Source: Octopus sinensis (Eukaryota). From it: a stretch of 64,000 bases of DNA. Both the position numbers and the translations under genes were made by a program. The notes beneath the pieces were generated by a model. It was given only the letters and a program-made list of their open reading frames with translations, was not told the origin of the DNA and ran no database searches. Numbering within the stretch: the stretch's first letter is position 1; each line of letters starts with the position of its first letter. The DNA is taken from NCBI RefSeq assembly GCF_006345805.1, contig NC_043007.1:51894001-51958000 (forward strand), read 5' to 3'. Shown here piece after piece: positions 61,920 through 64,000 of this stretch.

Positions 61920-62825
61920 ATGTCCAGAGCATGGAGACCTGACGAACTAGATTTATTCATACGAGCCTGGAAGTGCGCCGACGGAGATAGCCCTAGCGAG
62001 GTGATTGCGGCTGCGCTGAAGAGCAAAGGCTACAAGAGGACAGCGGCTCAGATGGAGCGAAAGAGACGGGAATTCGTGCGCTCATATGCGCTTATACGGT
62101 CGCACATTGGCGCACTTGATGCCATCTTTGAGAACGAGCGGGGCAAAGATGGCAAGAATGGAGACGATGAAAGAAGTCACCCCCACCTGGTGGACGCCCG
62201 GGAGGAGGTTTTGAATGAGAAACCTGCCCGGGAAGTGAACCCAGGTGCAAGTTCTCCAACCGGCAGCAAAGGCCATGGAGACGGAGAACCCGGTGAAGAG
62301 GTAGAGGGAGGAGGAAGAACTAAAAGAAGGGCTGGAAGAGCTAAAGGAAAAGCTCAAGCAGGACCAAAGGGTGAAAAAACCAGGAATAGAAGTGGAACCG
62401 CAAAAGATGGAAACAGGCAGCGCACACGGGTGTGTAGGTTCTACCTGAGAGGTTCCTGCTGGCATGGAAAGGAAGGTGCAGGCTGCCGCTTTGCACATCG
62501 GGGACCCTGCCACAGAGACACGAGGCAGATGGACAAACCATCAACACAAGGAAAAGGGATGGACCACGCACCACTTGCCCCAAAGCGGAGGTACACATAT
62601 GTTGTGCGTGCCACAAACCACCAACATGATGTTGTCGAAAGGGCAGCTGCTGAGCAACAATCTTTTTTGTGCATGGCACAAAAGATTGTACAGCAGCTGA
62701 CCTGGCTTCATCAAACCCAAGCCCGCAGGTGGGACTACCCACTATATACCAGACCACCACAGCAAACAGACCCAGGATGGACACCACCGGCAACAATGTA
62801 CACCTCACCTCGATGCTCCTACTGA
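61920..62825 (+). CDS. LINE ORF1 with an N-terminal Myb/SANT-like (trihelix) domain and a CCCH zinc finger
   Basis: Intact 301-aa ORF: WRPDELDLFIRAW...IAAALKSKGYKRTAAQMERK, and CRFYLRGSCWHGKEGAGCRFAH; overlaps the APE ORF start. Confidence 0.7.
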   Translation: MSRAWRPDELDLFIRAWKCADGDSPSEVIAAALKSKGYKRTAAQMERKRREFVRSYALIRSHIGALDAIFENERGKDGKNGDDERSHPHLVDAREEVLNEKPAREVNPGASSPTGSKGHGDGEPGEEVEGGGRTKRRAGRAKGKAQAGPKGEKTRNRSGTAKDGNRQRTRVCRFYLRGSCWHGKEGAGCRFAHRGPCHRDTRQMDKPSTQGKGMDHAPLAPKRRYTYVVRATNHQHDVVERAAAEQQSFLCMAQKIVQQLTWLHQTQARRWDYPLYTRPPQQTDPGWTPPATMYTSPRCSY

Positions 62826-64000
62826 ACATCAGAGGACTGCAAACACTCAGTAACAGGACAAAAATCCCGTTCCTGAGAGATTTTGTTGCATGCAATCAAG
62901 CCTTATGCATAGCACTAACGGAAACGCACCTGAAACCGGATATAGCAGATCGGAGTTACACATACCACAGTATGCTGTACTACGGACCGACAGGAAAGAA
63001 AGGAGTTATGGAGGTGTTGCTACGTACATCCGTGAGGACCTCACACCCCAGGTCCTCTTGTCATACTCAAACTCGGTGTGTGACACACTAATTGTACATA
63101 TTAGGCAACTTGATGTAGTTGTGTGTGCTACATATCGCCCTCCAGATGCCCCAAGCCATGTGGGCAAGTTTGAAGACTGCCTTATAAAAATAGAAGAAGT
63201 TCTAACCACATTAGAACAACACATAAGTGTACTTCTTATGGGAGACTTCAATCTGCCCAGTGTCAGATGGCCCGAGGGCCTTCCTCTCCCAGGAATGACA
63301 AGATGTGAACGAGGACAGGCGTTGTCCCTCCTGAACCTCATCAACACCCTGTACATGGAGCAGGTAATACTCCAATCAACCAGGGCAGGTAACACACTGG
63401 ATCTCTGCTTCACAAATGACATGGATCTCATCTATAATGTGAAAGTGACACCGACACTACTCTCGGATCACACATGATAGAGCTGACCAAAAGAGTACGG
63501 GCCAAAAGAGAGCACGGACATGCAGCCTACAAGAAACCCTCAGAATCTTTCCAGCTTGAACTACCATAAGGCAAACTGGAAACAAATTGAGAAAGAGATC
63601 CTCAAACAAAACTGGCCTAAATGTCTCTCCTCGCCAGACATCGACGTGAAACTTCAACAATTCATGTCTGTAATGCAAGCCATATGCTACAAATGTGTCC
63701 CAGAGAGAAAGGCCACTGTACACAAGAACAAAATCCCCAGAGAGAGGAAAATTTTAATGAGACGGCGTACAAAATTTTCAAATCGCCTAAACAAACAAAT
63801 TGAAAGCAGTGAAAAGTCCCGCCTAAAAATAAAACTGTTGGAAATCGAAAAATGTCTGCAACTCTCCCATGAAAAGGAAAGAGCAGACAAGAAGCCTGGG
63901 CTATAGACAACATAAAATCTAACCCCAGAGCTTTCTACAGGTATGCCAAAGAAACAGCTACGGTGCACTGTAGAATAGGGCCACTCCTCGAAAAGGATGG
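62813..64000 (+). pseudogene. CR1/Jockey-group LINE ORF2, APE endonuclease, frameshifted; runs off the window
   Basis: MLLLNIRGL, IALTETHL, GGVATYI, TYRPP, MGDFNLP, LDLCF, SDH, NYHKANW. Confidence 0.9.

Overview
AT-rich, microsatellite-dense eukaryotic DNA made almost entirely of repeats, with no confidently identifiable host gene. The SINE families and (TA)n/(ATT)n load resemble an octopod cephalopod genome (recollection, not verified). Contents: three R4/Dong-like (restriction-like endonuclease) non-LTR fragments; two Tx1/L1-clade copies plus an ORF1-only Tx1 derivative; four Penelope-like elements (two Naiad-like, one nearly intact, and two Neptune-like GIY-YIG fragments); a Gypsy LTR relic with Gmr1-like domain order; a hAT transposon; Tc1/mariner and Helitron derivatives; CR1-like fragments; several SINE families; a ~97-bp satellite. 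The main unexplained signal is a set of type I hammerhead ribozyme (HHR) motifs, all folded by eye. (i) A ~480-bp non-coding tandem array (19508-21646) has one HHR per unit, an inverted 5' part, and a right end 3 nt short of the predicted cleavage site. (ii) A 563-bp terminally redundant HHR unit sits between (TA)n tracts (12959-13581). (iii) HHRs lie in the 3' regions or pseudo-LTRs of both Naiad-like elements. (iv) Several variant cores also occur. Together these look like a retrozyme (circular-RNA) system alongside candidate Penelope helpers. A CR1-like ORF1 combining a Myb/SANT-like domain with a CCCH finger is also unusual. No searches or folding programs were run.
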